Below are positions 9,355-18,879 of a stretch of DNA of 64,000 bases, piece after piece; position 1 is the stretch's first letter; each line of letters opens with the position of its first letter. Source of the stretch: an uncultured Verrucomicrobiota bacterium (GTDB lineage Bacteria > Verrucomicrobiota > Verrucomicrobiia > Opitutales > Intestinicryptomonadaceae); NCBI GenBank assembly GCA_949287395.1, contig CASEFZ010000058.1, forward strand, positions 510 to 64,509, written 5' to 3'. A program made the position numbers and the translations under genes. Under the pieces are notes generated by a model. That model was not told the origin of the DNA and ran no database searches. It saw nothing but the letters and a program-made list of their open reading frames with translations.

Positions 9355-9828
9355 CTAAAATATCCCCAACTCGCACGCGCCCGCATAGTGGCGCACCACC
9401 GCAGATTTCCCATCGAGTTTTGCTTCGGAGCCCTTTGGCAGGTCAACCTCAACAACATCGTACCTGACCATCGCAGGCTTGACCCTAAGCGACGACAAAT
9501 ACGCCCTTGCGCAACGCTTTATTGCTGCGCGCTTTCTGCCGGATACCGCCGCATAGTACCCCGGAACTAAATTGGAAGCGGCGCGCGTTTTTACCTCGAC
9601 AAAAACCAGTATTTTCTCCTCGAGCGCAACCACGTCTATTTCGTCATGTCCGTGCCTGTAATTTCTTGCGAGCACCCGCATTCCCTTGCCCTTTAGAAAT
9701 TTTACCGCAATGCCTTCGCCCATTTTGCCAATGCGCACGCGTTCCGTACGTTTTGGGAAAATGGGCCGCGCAAATTTGTTTAGAATAGCGCGGCATTTCT
9801 TAAAAATGTCCTTTGCAAAATTCCCCAT
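9355..9828 (-). CDS. yraN: YraN-family (UPF0102) endonuclease-like protein
   Basis: GEGIAVKFLKGKGMRVLARNYRHGHDEIDVVALEEKILVFVEVKTR is the typical YraN core. The first ATG is at 9828; the track start at 9834 is TTG. Confidence 0.8.
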   Translation of the reverse strand: MGNFAKDIFKKCRAILNKFARPIFPKRTERVRIGKMGEGIAVKFLKGKGMRVLARNYRHGHDEIDVVALEEKILVFVEVKTRAASNLVPGYYAAVSGRKRAAIKRCARAYLSSLRVKPAMVRYDVVEVDLPKGSEAKLDGKSAVVRHYAGACELGIF

Positions 9829-9978
9829 TTCCAAAATAAGAACCGCCCATTAACTTTCGCAATGCGCCCAAAGGCCCTGGCCGCGCCCGTGGGTTTAAGG
9901 GCGCGCCCCAAGCCCTGCAAGCTGCATTTCGGCGTAAAAACAGCCCAATCAAGGCTGGCACCCGCAAAAAGCCACGCC

Positions 9979-12900
9979 CTACCTTGCAAGATTTAGCGAG
10001 CGCTCCTGGCCGCTTCCCTCAGAATTTCCCTGCGCGTTTTCGTCGTTAAAGCGCACAGATATAAGCCTTGTGACTCCGCGCTCCTGCATGGTCACGCCGT
10101 ATATCGTATTCGCGGCGCTCACAGTGCGCTTGTTGTGCGATATCACAAGGAACTGAGAGTATCGCGTAAACTCTTTCAGCAGATCCGTATACCGGCCTAT
10201 ATTCGCGTCGTCAAGCGGGGCGTCAAGCTCGTCCAACACGCAGAACGGACTTGGCTTAACCATGTATATTGCAAAGAGCAGCGCCACCGCCGTCATTGTT
10301 CTCTGGCCGCCCGACAAGAGCGAAAGGCTTTTCAACATAGTTCCCGGGGGCCGCGCCACTATCTCTATGCCGCTATCGAGAACGTCCTCGCCCTCCACAA
10401 GCTTAAGATCGGCGGCCCCGCCTCCAAAGACTTTTGAAAACGTGAAGGAAAAGTTCTTCCTTATTTGCTCGAAAGTCTGCGAGAACATGTCCTGTGAAGT
10501 GGCGTTTATCTCGTCTATATCCGCTACAAGCGCATTTTTCGACGTCCACAAATCGTCCGTCTGCGTCTTGAGAAAATCGTAGCGCTCCTTCAACTCGGCG
10601 TACTCCTCTATGGCCACCAAATTTACCGGCCCCATCGACGCTATTTTTTCCCTGAGGCGGCGCACCTCATCCTCAACCTGCTCCATATCGGTTTCAGAAA
10701 GGGCGCGCATGTCGTCCTCGGTGGGCTCTCCCCTGGCGCGCTTTGGCTTAACCTGTATATCGTCGGCCTCGGATATGTCGTCCAGCTTGACGCTTGTTTG
10801 GAATTCCTCGTCCGCCTTCCACAATTCCATGCGCCAATCCACACAAGACAGGTCCACATCGTAATCGGCCGTTATTCTCTCCGATATGTAGTCGAGCCTT
10901 GAACGCAATTTTGCCGCGCGCACATCGAAATCTCCCTTGAGCGAATTGGCCTTCATTAGAGATTCCCTATTGCCGCTCAAGACCGCCTCAAACTCGGAAA
11001 GCGCGCCCTCGCACTCGGAAAGTTCCCTGCCTCGCTCCTCTATCTGCGCCTGGCCCGCCTCGAGTGTTGCGGCCAGAGACTTTGCGCGCTCGGCCTCGCT
11101 TTCCCTCTGCCTGTCAAGCTCCTCCATTTGCGATGCTATTGCTTGCAATTCCCCGCGCCTGCGCTCCGTCAAGACACCCGCTTCCTCGCGCTGTTGAAGA
11201 ATTTCCCCAAGGCCGCGCTCAAGGCTCTCAAGCATAGACCTCTTTTGCGCCAAGTCCAGGCGCGCGTCCGCCGCCGCGGCGTTTTTAGTGTCTTTTTCCG
11301 CGCGCAATCTCGCAATCTTTTCCTCGCACAGCGCCGCCTCTTTGCGCGAATCCGCTATCTTGGCTTCGGCCTCCTGAAGCTCTTTGGCTGCCGCATCAAG
11401 CCTGTCCTGCGCCTCAAAGCGCGAATTTTCCATCTGCCCCAGCTCCGCGTTCTTCCGGGCCAAATCTGCGTCCTTCTCCGCCAGCGACTGCTCAGCCGAC
11501 GCTATCTGCGCATTCATCGACGCCATCTCCCTGCGTATCTCGTCGGCCGCCCTCCTGCCGTCCTCTATTGACTGCTCCTGCTGGGTCAGCTGCGCCTGCA
11601 TTTGCATTGCGCGCTCGTTCAGCTCCGTCAGGGAGTTGTTGTCCAAGTCTATCTCGTCCTTCAGGCGCCTTATCTCGCGCCCGCGGAGTATAAAACTGCT
11701 CTCCGTGTCGCGGCTCTCCACCGAAGCCGTATAAAAAATCCCGCGCGCGTCAACAACGTTCAAATTTCTGTCCACCGCCGCAAAGAACCTAAATTCCGGG
11801 TGCTCCGACGCATATTTGGCAAAATCAAAAACGTCCTCGCAAAAATAGCAACCTCCCACAAGCCCCTTGAGGGCTTTTTGCATATCCGCGTCCGCGCTCC
11901 TGACAATGTCCGAGCAAAGCACGGCACCTTCCGGCGCCGCTGCATTCGGCGCGCCAAAATCCATTCCGCAAGCCCTCAAACACGCCTTTCCGAGAGCCTG
12001 GCTTCTTAGGCGCTGCGCAACCTGCCTTAGCTTCGATTCGTCAGGAATGGAAAGCGCATCAAGCGCCGAACCAAGCAGCGCCTCAAACGCCTCAGCCCAT
12101 TCCTCGTCAACCTCCGCGCTCTGGCTTATAACTTTCGCCTCCCCCGCCGGAACCAAGTCTGCAAGGGAACCTTTTAAAACGGCCTTAACACCGTCGGAAA
12201 AACCCTCCAGCCTGTTCTGAAAATCGTTCAGCAAACTCAACTTCGCGCTCTTGCTGGCAAGGCGCCTGTCCATTTGCTGGATTTCCGACTGCAAGTCCCT
12301 GTAGCGCGAACGCATCGCATCGGCGTTCTCTTTTGCCTCAAGAACCTCCGCTTCCGCCCGGTGCAGCCTCTCGTCCGCGCCGGAAAGCGCGCTTCTTACC
12401 TCGTCTATGCGCCTCTGCACGGAAAGTTTTTCCTCTCCAACCTGGTATATGTAGTCCGTCAGCGCCGCGTGGCGCACCTGGTAAGACTTTAAATCCACCT
12501 CGAGAGAAGTGCACCTAACCCTAAGCTTAGTGACGGCGCCCTCAGCCATAAGGCTGTCTTGCCTGGCCCGCGAAAGCTCGGCTTCAGCCCGGTCAAGTTC
12601 CTCCTGCGTCTGCTCAAGCTCTTGATTGCGCAACCTAAACGCCTCGTCGGAACTCGACACAAGCTCCATCTGTGCCCTCTTAACCTCCGCATCGCCGCTG
12701 GCTTTGCCCTCAAGCGAGGCTATTTGTTCTGTCAGAGACTCCAGCTCCCGGTTTATCTGCCCAACGCGCTCTTCAAGATCCCTTTTCCTTACGTCCGCAA
12801 ACTCCGAATTGCGCTGCGCGCTCTCCTTCTGGGACCGAATTTCCCCCGCAGCCTGGCGCATTTGCTCAAGCGACATCATTATCTCGGCCCTCTTCGTGCG

Positions 12901-13716
12901 CATTCCAGAGAGCTCCTCCTCCTGCGCCGACAACTTCTGCGTCAAATCCAGTATCTGCGCCGAAACCTCCCTCAGGCCCTCGTCGTCCTTGGAGAGCGAC
13001 TCGCTCAACTGCGCGTGGGTCTTGGCATTAAACGCTATGTCAAGGTGCCTCAGCCTGTGGCTTATGCGCTTGTAGCGCAACGCTTTCGCCGCCTGGCGCT
13101 TCAAGGTGCCAATCTGGCGCCCTATCTCGTCCATTCTGTCGGTGGCGCGCGCCAAGTTCTGCTCCACAAGGGCAAGCTTGTTAAGCGCCTCGCGCCTCTG
13201 CGTCTTGTACTTCGTTATTCCCGCTGCCTCCTCGAAAATCGAGCGCCTCTCCCCGGGGTTTGAAGACAAAATCTGGTCTATCTGCCCCTGCACCATGAAC
13301 GAATACGACACCCGTCCCACACCCGTATCCATAAACAGGCTCTGAATGTCCTTCAGCCGCGAGACCCTTCCGTTTATATAATATTCTCCGCCGCCGTCCC
13401 TGCTAACTTTGCGCGTTATTTCAACCTCGTTAAAATTCGTCCCCAGCTGCTTTTCGCAGTCGGAAAAACGCAGAGTGACTGAACAAAACTGCAGAGGCTT
13501 CCGCCCCTCGGTGCCCTGAAATATGACATCTTGCATTTTTCCGCCGCGCAAGGCCTTGGCGCTCTGTTCCCCCAAGACCCAGCGAATGGCGTCCACAATG
13601 TTGCTTTTTCCGCAGCCGTTCGGCCCGACAATACAGGTGATCCCCGGCGTAAGATCCAACGGAGTCTTATCGGCAAAACTCTTAAAGCCGTCTATTATGA
13701 CCTGTTTTAAATACAT
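9979..13716 (-). CDS. smc: Chromosome segregation protein SMC
   Basis: 1245 aa. N-terminal MYLKQVIIDGFKSFADKT...GPNGCGKSN (Walker A), long coiled-coil middle, C-terminal LSGGQRT signature and VLDELDAPLD (Walker B). Confidence 0.97.
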   Translation of the reverse strand: MYLKQVIIDGFKSFADKTPLDLTPGITCIVGPNGCGKSNIVDAIRWVLGEQSAKALRGGKMQDVIFQGTEGRKPLQFCSVTLRFSDCEKQLGTNFNEVEITRKVSRDGGGEYYINGRVSRLKDIQSLFMDTGVGRVSYSFMVQGQIDQILSSNPGERRSIFEEAAGITKYKTQRREALNKLALVEQNLARATDRMDEIGRQIGTLKRQAAKALRYKRISHRLRHLDIAFNAKTHAQLSESLSKDDEGLREVSAQILDLTQKLSAQEEELSGMRTKRAEIMMSLEQMRQAAGEIRSQKESAQRNSEFADVRKRDLEERVGQINRELESLTEQIASLEGKASGDAEVKRAQMELVSSSDEAFRLRNQELEQTQEELDRAEAELSRARQDSLMAEGAVTKLRVRCTSLEVDLKSYQVRHAALTDYIYQVGEEKLSVQRRIDEVRSALSGADERLHRAEAEVLEAKENADAMRSRYRDLQSEIQQMDRRLASKSAKLSLLNDFQNRLEGFSDGVKAVLKGSLADLVPAGEAKVISQSAEVDEEWAEAFEALLGSALDALSIPDESKLRQVAQRLRSQALGKACLRACGMDFGAPNAAAPEGAVLCSDIVRSADADMQKALKGLVGGCYFCEDVFDFAKYASEHPEFRFFAAVDRNLNVVDARGIFYTASVESRDTESSFILRGREIRRLKDEIDLDNNSLTELNERAMQMQAQLTQQEQSIEDGRRAADEIRREMASMNAQIASAEQSLAEKDADLARKNAELGQMENSRFEAQDRLDAAAKELQEAEAKIADSRKEAALCEEKIARLRAEKDTKNAAAADARLDLAQKRSMLESLERGLGEILQQREEAGVLTERRRGELQAIASQMEELDRQRESEAERAKSLAATLEAGQAQIEERGRELSECEGALSEFEAVLSGNRESLMKANSLKGDFDVRAAKLRSRLDYISERITADYDVDLSCVDWRMELWKADEEFQTSVKLDDISEADDIQVKPKRARGEPTEDDMRALSETDMEQVEDEVRRLREKIASMGPVNLVAIEEYAELKERYDFLKTQTDDLWTSKNALVADIDEINATSQDMFSQTFEQIRKNFSFTFSKVFGGGAADLKLVEGEDVLDSGIEIVARPPGTMLKSLSLLSGGQRTMTAVALLFAIYMVKPSPFCVLDELDAPLDDANIGRYTDLLKEFTRYSQFLVISHNKRTVSAANTIYGVTMQERGVTRLISVRFNDENAQGNSEGSGQERSLNLAR

Positions 13717-13755
13717 TACCCAAGAATCTTTCCCGTCGCAAAATGCGCGTAATTT

Positions 13756-16422
13756 TTAATTGCCACTGCGGAAACGCTCAAAGGCGCCGTCAAGCTTGTC
13801 CGCGGAACCGCCGCCCTGCGCGTAATCCGGTTTTCCGCCCCCGCGTCCATCCATATCCGCCGCTATCGCGCGTATTATGTCTCCCGCCTTCATTCCCGCC
13901 GAAACCGCCTCCGGAGAACACAGCGCTATTACCGCCGCCTTGCCGGACGATTTCGACGCAAGCACAACCACCCCTCCCGGGCGTTTCTTGCTTACGCTTA
14001 CCGCCAAATCGCGCATGGCGCCCGCGTCCATGCCGTCAACAATGGCAGCCATCACCGGAATGCCGTTCCGCTCAAAAGCGCCACCCGCTATGTCGTCGGC
14101 GAGCCTTCCGGCGCTCTCCCTCTTAAAAGCCTTCAATTCCCTCTCGCTCTCGGCCTTTGCCTGTATGAGCTTTTCAACCCTGTCCGCGGCCTCCTCCGGC
14201 TTGCACGACAGCTTCCTTGAGACATTCGACAGCGCAGCCTGCATAAATTCCACCCTTTCGAGGGCGGCGGTGCCGGCTACTGCCTCTATGCGCCTTGTGC
14301 CGGCGGATATTGAACTCTCGCTGAGTATTTTCAACAGCCCCAATTCTCCCGTGCTCGACGCATGCGTTCCCGCGCAAAGCTCCTGGCTGAAAGAACCCAT
14401 CTCCACTATCCTCACAACCGCGCCGTACTTTTCCGAAAACAGCGCCATGCAAGTCTTTGGAACCTCGAGATACGGCAGCTCCCGCCAAGTTATGGGGGCG
14501 TTTTCCATAATCTTGCGGTTGGCGAGCGTCTCTATCTGCTTCAGCTGCTCCTGGGTTGGCGCCTCGTAGTATGTAAAGTCGAAACGCAGCCTGTCGGGAT
14601 CCACATACGAACCCGCCTGCCGAACACTTGCGCCCAAAACCTGGCGCATTGCCCAGTGCAGTATATGCGTGGCCGTATGGTGCCTCTGTATCGCGCGCCT
14701 GCGGAACACATCAACGCCAACTGTCACTTCCGCCCCGACATCGGTCGGCTTAAACACATCTTTTCTGACCTTGTGGAGCACCCTGCCGGCCGCGTCTATT
14801 TTGGTGTCGAAAACCTCGTGCGCCACACCCGCCGCCTCTATGTATCCCGTATCGCCTACCTGACCGCCCTTCTCCGCGTAAAACGGCGTCTGGGGAAGTA
14901 TCACATAGTCGCATTCGTCGTCCTTGACTATGGCGCTTATGCTGGTTTTAAAATCCGAAAGATTGTCGGAGTTGTAGCCCACAAACTGGGTGGCGTGCTC
15001 AAGCTCTACGGCGTCGGAGACTGATATTATCTTCTTGTTTTGCGACCTGCGCGCGCGCTCGCGCTGCTTCTGCATCTCGGCCTCAAAGCCCTTTACGTCA
15101 ACCGGCAAATTGCGCTCGCGGGCAATCAACTCCGTCAGGTCCAGCGGGAACCCGTAGCGGTCGTACAATATGAAGGCCTGCTCTCCAGAAATCCCGCTTT
15201 CGTTTACGGAGATGTGGTCCAGCAACTGAAGCCCTTTGTCTATGGTCTTGGCAAAACTTCTCTCCTCGCTCTCGATGGTCTTTATTATCGCTTTGCGCTG
15301 CTCGGCCAGCTCCGGGAACACCGGGCTCATTTTTGCTATGACGGGCTCCGCCAAGCGCGAGAAAAACCCGTCGTGCAGCCCAAGGCGTTTCCCGTACATT
15401 ACGGCCCGGCGCAATATCCGCCTGAGGACGTAGTTGCGCCCTTCGTTGCCGGGTATGATTCCGTCGGCTATCGAAAATGTGAGCGTGCGTATGTGGTCGG
15501 CAAGAACCCTGAATACGCAGTCAGTCAGCTCCTGCGCGGACATGTCGCGCGGGTCGCGCGGAAGAGTGCCGCAATACGACTTCCCCGACATGTGGGAAAT
15601 GTGCTCGAATATGTCGGTGAACAAGTCGCTGTCGTAATTCGACGCAAGCTTTGAAAAGTCCGTGAAATTCTTAGTGGTTGCCATTATCCCGGCAACGCGC
15701 TCAAGCCCCATGCCGGTATCGATATTCTTGCTTTTCAGCGGAACAAAGCTCCCGTCGGGCTCGGCGTTAAACTGCATGAATACAAGGTTCCAAATCTCTA
15801 TGCAAAACGCGGATCCCGCATTCACAAGGCTTCCCTTTGTATCGCCCTCAAGCGTCAAATCCATGTGGATCTCCGAGCACGGGCCGCAAGGGCCGGTCTC
15901 TCCCATCATCCAAAAATTGTCCTTTTTGCCGCACTTTTTAATGTGCACCAAAGGGTCCATGCCCTCGTCCAAAAAGATTTTTTCCCAATAGGAATACGCC
16001 TCCGCGTCGAATTCCGAAGGCTCGCCCTCGCCGGGTTCGTACACCGTCGCATAAAGGCGCTCTTTCGGGAATTTCCAAACTTTAGTGAGCAACTCCCACG
16101 CAAAACTTATGGCCTCTTTTTTGAAATAGTCGCCGAAAGACCAGTTTCCAAGCATCTCGAAGAACGTGTGGTGGTAAGTGTCGAAACCCACGTCTTCAAG
16201 GTCGTTGTGCTTGCCGCCGGCCCTTATGCATTTTTGCGTATCCGCCGCCCTCAGGAACGGGCTTTTCTCGTCTCCGAGAAAATACGGAACAAACTGGTTC
16301 ATGCCCGCATTCGTAAACAATAGGTTCGGCGATGTGGGCATCAGCGAAGCCGAAGGGACCAAAGTATGCCCCTTGTTGCTGAAAAATTCCAAAAAGCTCT
16401 TTCTGATTTCGGCAGATGTCAT
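13756..16422 (-). CDS. alaS: Alanine--tRNA ligase
   Basis: MTSAEIRKSFLEFFSNKGHTLVPSASL..., FTNAGMNQF, editing-domain HTATHIL and CAGTHA motifs. The ATG at 16422 was chosen over the 19-codon upstream extension in the track. Confidence 0.97.
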   Translation of the reverse strand: MTSAEIRKSFLEFFSNKGHTLVPSASLMPTSPNLLFTNAGMNQFVPYFLGDEKSPFLRAADTQKCIRAGGKHNDLEDVGFDTYHHTFFEMLGNWSFGDYFKKEAISFAWELLTKVWKFPKERLYATVYEPGEGEPSEFDAEAYSYWEKIFLDEGMDPLVHIKKCGKKDNFWMMGETGPCGPCSEIHMDLTLEGDTKGSLVNAGSAFCIEIWNLVFMQFNAEPDGSFVPLKSKNIDTGMGLERVAGIMATTKNFTDFSKLASNYDSDLFTDIFEHISHMSGKSYCGTLPRDPRDMSAQELTDCVFRVLADHIRTLTFSIADGIIPGNEGRNYVLRRILRRAVMYGKRLGLHDGFFSRLAEPVIAKMSPVFPELAEQRKAIIKTIESEERSFAKTIDKGLQLLDHISVNESGISGEQAFILYDRYGFPLDLTELIARERNLPVDVKGFEAEMQKQRERARRSQNKKIISVSDAVELEHATQFVGYNSDNLSDFKTSISAIVKDDECDYVILPQTPFYAEKGGQVGDTGYIEAAGVAHEVFDTKIDAAGRVLHKVRKDVFKPTDVGAEVTVGVDVFRRRAIQRHHTATHILHWAMRQVLGASVRQAGSYVDPDRLRFDFTYYEAPTQEQLKQIETLANRKIMENAPITWRELPYLEVPKTCMALFSEKYGAVVRIVEMGSFSQELCAGTHASSTGELGLLKILSESSISAGTRRIEAVAGTAALERVEFMQAALSNVSRKLSCKPEEAADRVEKLIQAKAESERELKAFKRESAGRLADDIAGGAFERNGIPVMAAIVDGMDAGAMRDLAVSVSKKRPGGVVVLASKSSGKAAVIALCSPEAVSAGMKAGDIIRAIAADMDGRGGGKPDYAQGGGSADKLDGAFERFRSGN

Positions 16423-16557
16423 ATCAAATATTCCACTAATTTTTTCGGCGGCGCACTTTGCGGCTAATGCCGCATGCAACCGGCCCTCCTGAAAGGATTT
16501 TTAGCGCCCCCGCGCTTCCGCAAGCTTCCAGCAGCGGATAAAACTCCACGGCTTTCC

Positions 16558-17655
16558 CTACAAGTTTGCCTCCACCGCCTTTGCCATCTCCAAAGTTCCC
16601 ACGCTCTCGCCCCCGAAAGCAATATCCGCGGTTCTGACGCCTCCGCAAACAGTCTTGCGAACGGCAGCCTCAATCTCGCGGGCGGTTTCGTCGCGCCCAA
16701 ACGAATGGCGCAACATCAAAGCAGCCGAAAGTATCTGGGCGCACGGATTCGCCTTGTTTGTGCCAGCTATGTCGGGCGCGCTTCCGCCAGCGGGCTCGTA
16801 AAGCCCGAATTTCTGCCCTATCGAGTTCTTTATGTCGCCTATGGACGCGCTGCACAACATGCCCAAAGAACCGCATATAACGGCCATTTCGTCGCTTAGA
16901 ATGTCTCCGAACATGTTTTCGGTAAAGAACACGTCGAACTGGTTTGGATCCCTCGCCAACTGCATGGCGGCATTGTCGACATACATGTGGGAAAGCGATA
17001 TTTCCGGATAGTTTTTCGCAAAAAATTCCGTCACCGTTTTTCTCCAGAGAACCGACGTCTCAAGCACGTTCGCCTTGTCTATGGAGCACACTTTTTTTCC
17101 GCGCGCCATGGCGGTTTTTGCGGCAACCTCGGCTATGCGGCATATTTCGCTTGTGCGGTACTGCATAACGTCGCAGGCGGCTATTTCGCCGTCGGGTTGC
17201 GTCCACGTTTTCTTTTCCCCAAAATATATGCCCCCGGTAAGCTCGCGTATGCACACAATGTCTATGCCGTTGGGAATGCGTTCCGACTTCAGCGGGGAAG
17301 CGCCGGCTATGTCGGCGTAGAGGAGCCCTGGGCGTATGTTTGCAAATAGCTTAAATGCCTTGCGCAGCGGCAGCAGCGCCGCCCTTTCCGGCTGTTCCGC
17401 CGGCGGCAATTTTTCCCACTTGGGGCCGCCCACAGAACCAAAGAGTATTGCGTCGGCCTTCTTGCAAGCCTCAAGCGTGCAATCGGGCAAGGCCTTGCCA
17501 AACTTGTCGATGCCCGCCCCGCCAACCGCCGCCACGGTGTAGTCAAGTTCGTCTCCGTGCTTTTTGCACGCGGCTTTCAGAACGCCGAGTGCGGCGTCCA
17601 TAACTTCTGGCCCGATTCCGTCCCCGGGCAAAACTGCGAATTTAAGTGTAGCCAT
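16558..17655 (-). CDS. leuB: 3-isopropylmalate dehydrogenase
   Basis: MATLKFAVLPGDGIGPEV N-terminus and the NMFGDILSDE motif. The ATG at 17655 was chosen over the upstream extension. Confidence 0.95.
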   Translation of the reverse strand: MATLKFAVLPGDGIGPEVMDAALGVLKAACKKHGDELDYTVAAVGGAGIDKFGKALPDCTLEACKKADAILFGSVGGPKWEKLPPAEQPERAALLPLRKAFKLFANIRPGLLYADIAGASPLKSERIPNGIDIVCIRELTGGIYFGEKKTWTQPDGEIAACDVMQYRTSEICRIAEVAAKTAMARGKKVCSIDKANVLETSVLWRKTVTEFFAKNYPEISLSHMYVDNAAMQLARDPNQFDVFFTENMFGDILSDEMAVICGSLGMLCSASIGDIKNSIGQKFGLYEPAGGSAPDIAGTNKANPCAQILSAALMLRHSFGRDETAREIEAAVRKTVCGGVRTADIAFGGESVGTLEMAKAVEANL

Positions 17656-17968
17656 GGAAATAATGTGTAAAACTGCCAAACCAACCGCCGCCACTCAGCG
17701 GCGCTTTAATCCTTAAAATTCCGATTAAGTAAAACACCTTTTAATCTTATTTCCACAAAAATTTTCACCCTTAAAAAGTTGCCCCTTCGCAAACGCATTC
17801 CACCCCCAAGGAACTGCCCGCCGATGATACCTAAAAGTTGATTCTGGAAACGAAAAATGGCGGAAACAATGGAAATTTCCAACGCCAAGCCGCCTTTATG
17901 GATGAAAAATTCCCCAACCGGTCCAATACCGAATTGAGGGAGGTTCAGGAATGAAGGGGAAGGAAAAG

Positions 17969-18163
17969 TTATTTCAACCAACGGTGTTCTCTATCTCCGA
18001 TAAAGGTGCTATCCCCTTCAACCATTCCATAACTCTTAAACTTTTTCCACAAGACGTCTATCAGACACAGAAAGAAGATGAAGCCGCCCATAACGCCAAC
18101 GTATACGACAATCTTTATCAGAATGTCCAATACGCTAATTAAGCTTGTGGGTTCCTCGGCCAT
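17969..18163 (-). CDS. Small single-TM protein, paralog A (64 aa), unknown function
   Basis: MAEEPTSLISVLDILIKIVVYVGVMGGFIFFLCLIDVLWKKFK... has an acidic N-terminus, one hydrophobic helix and then basic residues. The first ~34 codons and the upstream region are duplicated at 18602-18879. Confidence 0.45.
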   Translation of the reverse strand: MAEEPTSLISVLDILIKIVVYVGVMGGFIFFLCLIDVLWKKFKSYGMVEGDSTFIGDREHRWLK

Positions 18164-18259
18164 CTTCGTTTCTTTCTTTAATTAGAATACCGCACAAAAA
18201 TTTCGCAACTCAACAGGAATCGCGCGGTTATGGCGGACGAAAAAACCCACAACATTTCC
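18063..18259. repeat. Direct repeat copy A (~197 bp)
   Basis: Aligned by eye to 18681-18879 at an offset of 618 bp. Identity is roughly 90% overall and higher in the first 130 nt. It covers the 5' third of small ORF A plus ~100 nt upstream of it. Confidence 0.85.
18184..18213 (-). promoter_or_regulatory. Sigma70-like promoter candidate for small ORF A
   Basis: Minus strand: TTGAGT, 18-nt spacer, TATTCT, then the purine-rich leader AATTAAAGAAAGAAACGAAG before ATG 18163. The geometry is conserved in copy B. Confidence 0.35.
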
Positions 18260-18601
18260 GTAGATACGGCGGCGCAAATCTGCGAATTTCAAAAATCGGC
18301 TGCGAAACTAAGCCATAAACGCGGAAATCAAAAAAATGGACGGCCTGGTGTTCAGTTCGATAAATGTGCCGGCCGCCGAATTCGCAAAAACGGAAAGAAA
18401 TCTGGAAGGGTGTATTGGACTCGTGGCCCTTGCGGCTTTTGTTCGCCGCCCCCGCAATAGACCGCGTGTTCGACGCCAACGCCGCGCTTGTGGACAAAAA
18501 CTATCTTAAAAAACTGAACGGCGAACTTTTCAAATTGCGCAAAAATGGCTGAAAATTTAACACCAAAGCGGAGGAAGGATGAACAGCCTTCAGGCATGCA
18601 C

Positions 18602-18781
18602 TTATAGCCACGGGAATATAATGTACCCCTTGCATTTTTTCTTCCCCTCATCAATCAAGTAGTCAATCAAGCGGTTGAGAAGACACAGAAATAAGATGAA
18701 GCCGCCCATAACGCCAACGTATACGACAATCTTTATCAGAATGTCCAATATGCTCATTAAGGTTGTGGGTTCTTCGGTCAT
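18602..18781 (-). CDS. Small single-TM protein, paralog B (59 aa, below the track cutoff), unknown function
   Basis: Own translation: MTEEPTTLMSILDILIKIVVYVGVMGGFILFLCLLNRLIDYLIDEGKKKCKGYIIFPWL. The N-terminal 34 aa are near-identical to paralog A and the C-terminal tail is unrelated. Confidence 0.45.
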   Translation of the reverse strand: MTEEPTTLMSILDILIKIVVYVGVMGGFILFLCLLNRLIDYLIDEGKKKCKGYIIFPWL

Positions 18782-18879
18782 CTTCTCTTCTTTCTTTAAT
18801 TAGAATATCGCACAAAAGTTTCACAAATCAACAGAAACCGGACGGAAAATGGCGGACGAAAAAACCATATAACATTTCC
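18681..18879. repeat. Direct repeat copy B (~199 bp)
   Basis: See copy A. Same orientation, with a few substitutions and 1-2 small indels near the distal end. Confidence 0.85.
18802..18831 (-). promoter_or_regulatory. Sigma70-like promoter candidate for small ORF B
   Basis: Minus strand: TTGATT, 18-nt spacer, TATTCT, then AATTAAAGAAAGAAGAGAAG before ATG 18781. Confidence 0.35.

Noticed and set aside
13756-16479. N-terminal extensions offered by the ORF track for alaS, and similarly for leuB, the ROK kinase, pheS, the giant protein, the GH-like protein, the 510-aa protein, ptsI and pyrH.
   Set aside because: In each case a downstream in-frame ATG coincides with the conserved family N-terminus or a canonical signal peptide. 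The extension is non-conserved-looking sequence and often starts at TTG or GTG.
18063-18879. Considered whether the two repeats could be a degenerate CRISPR array or the terminal repeats of an IS/MITE.
   Set aside because: There are only two copies, each ~200 bp long and 618 bp apart, in direct orientation. There are no short regularly spaced repeats, no terminal inverted repeats, no target-site duplication that I could see, and no transposase or cas gene.
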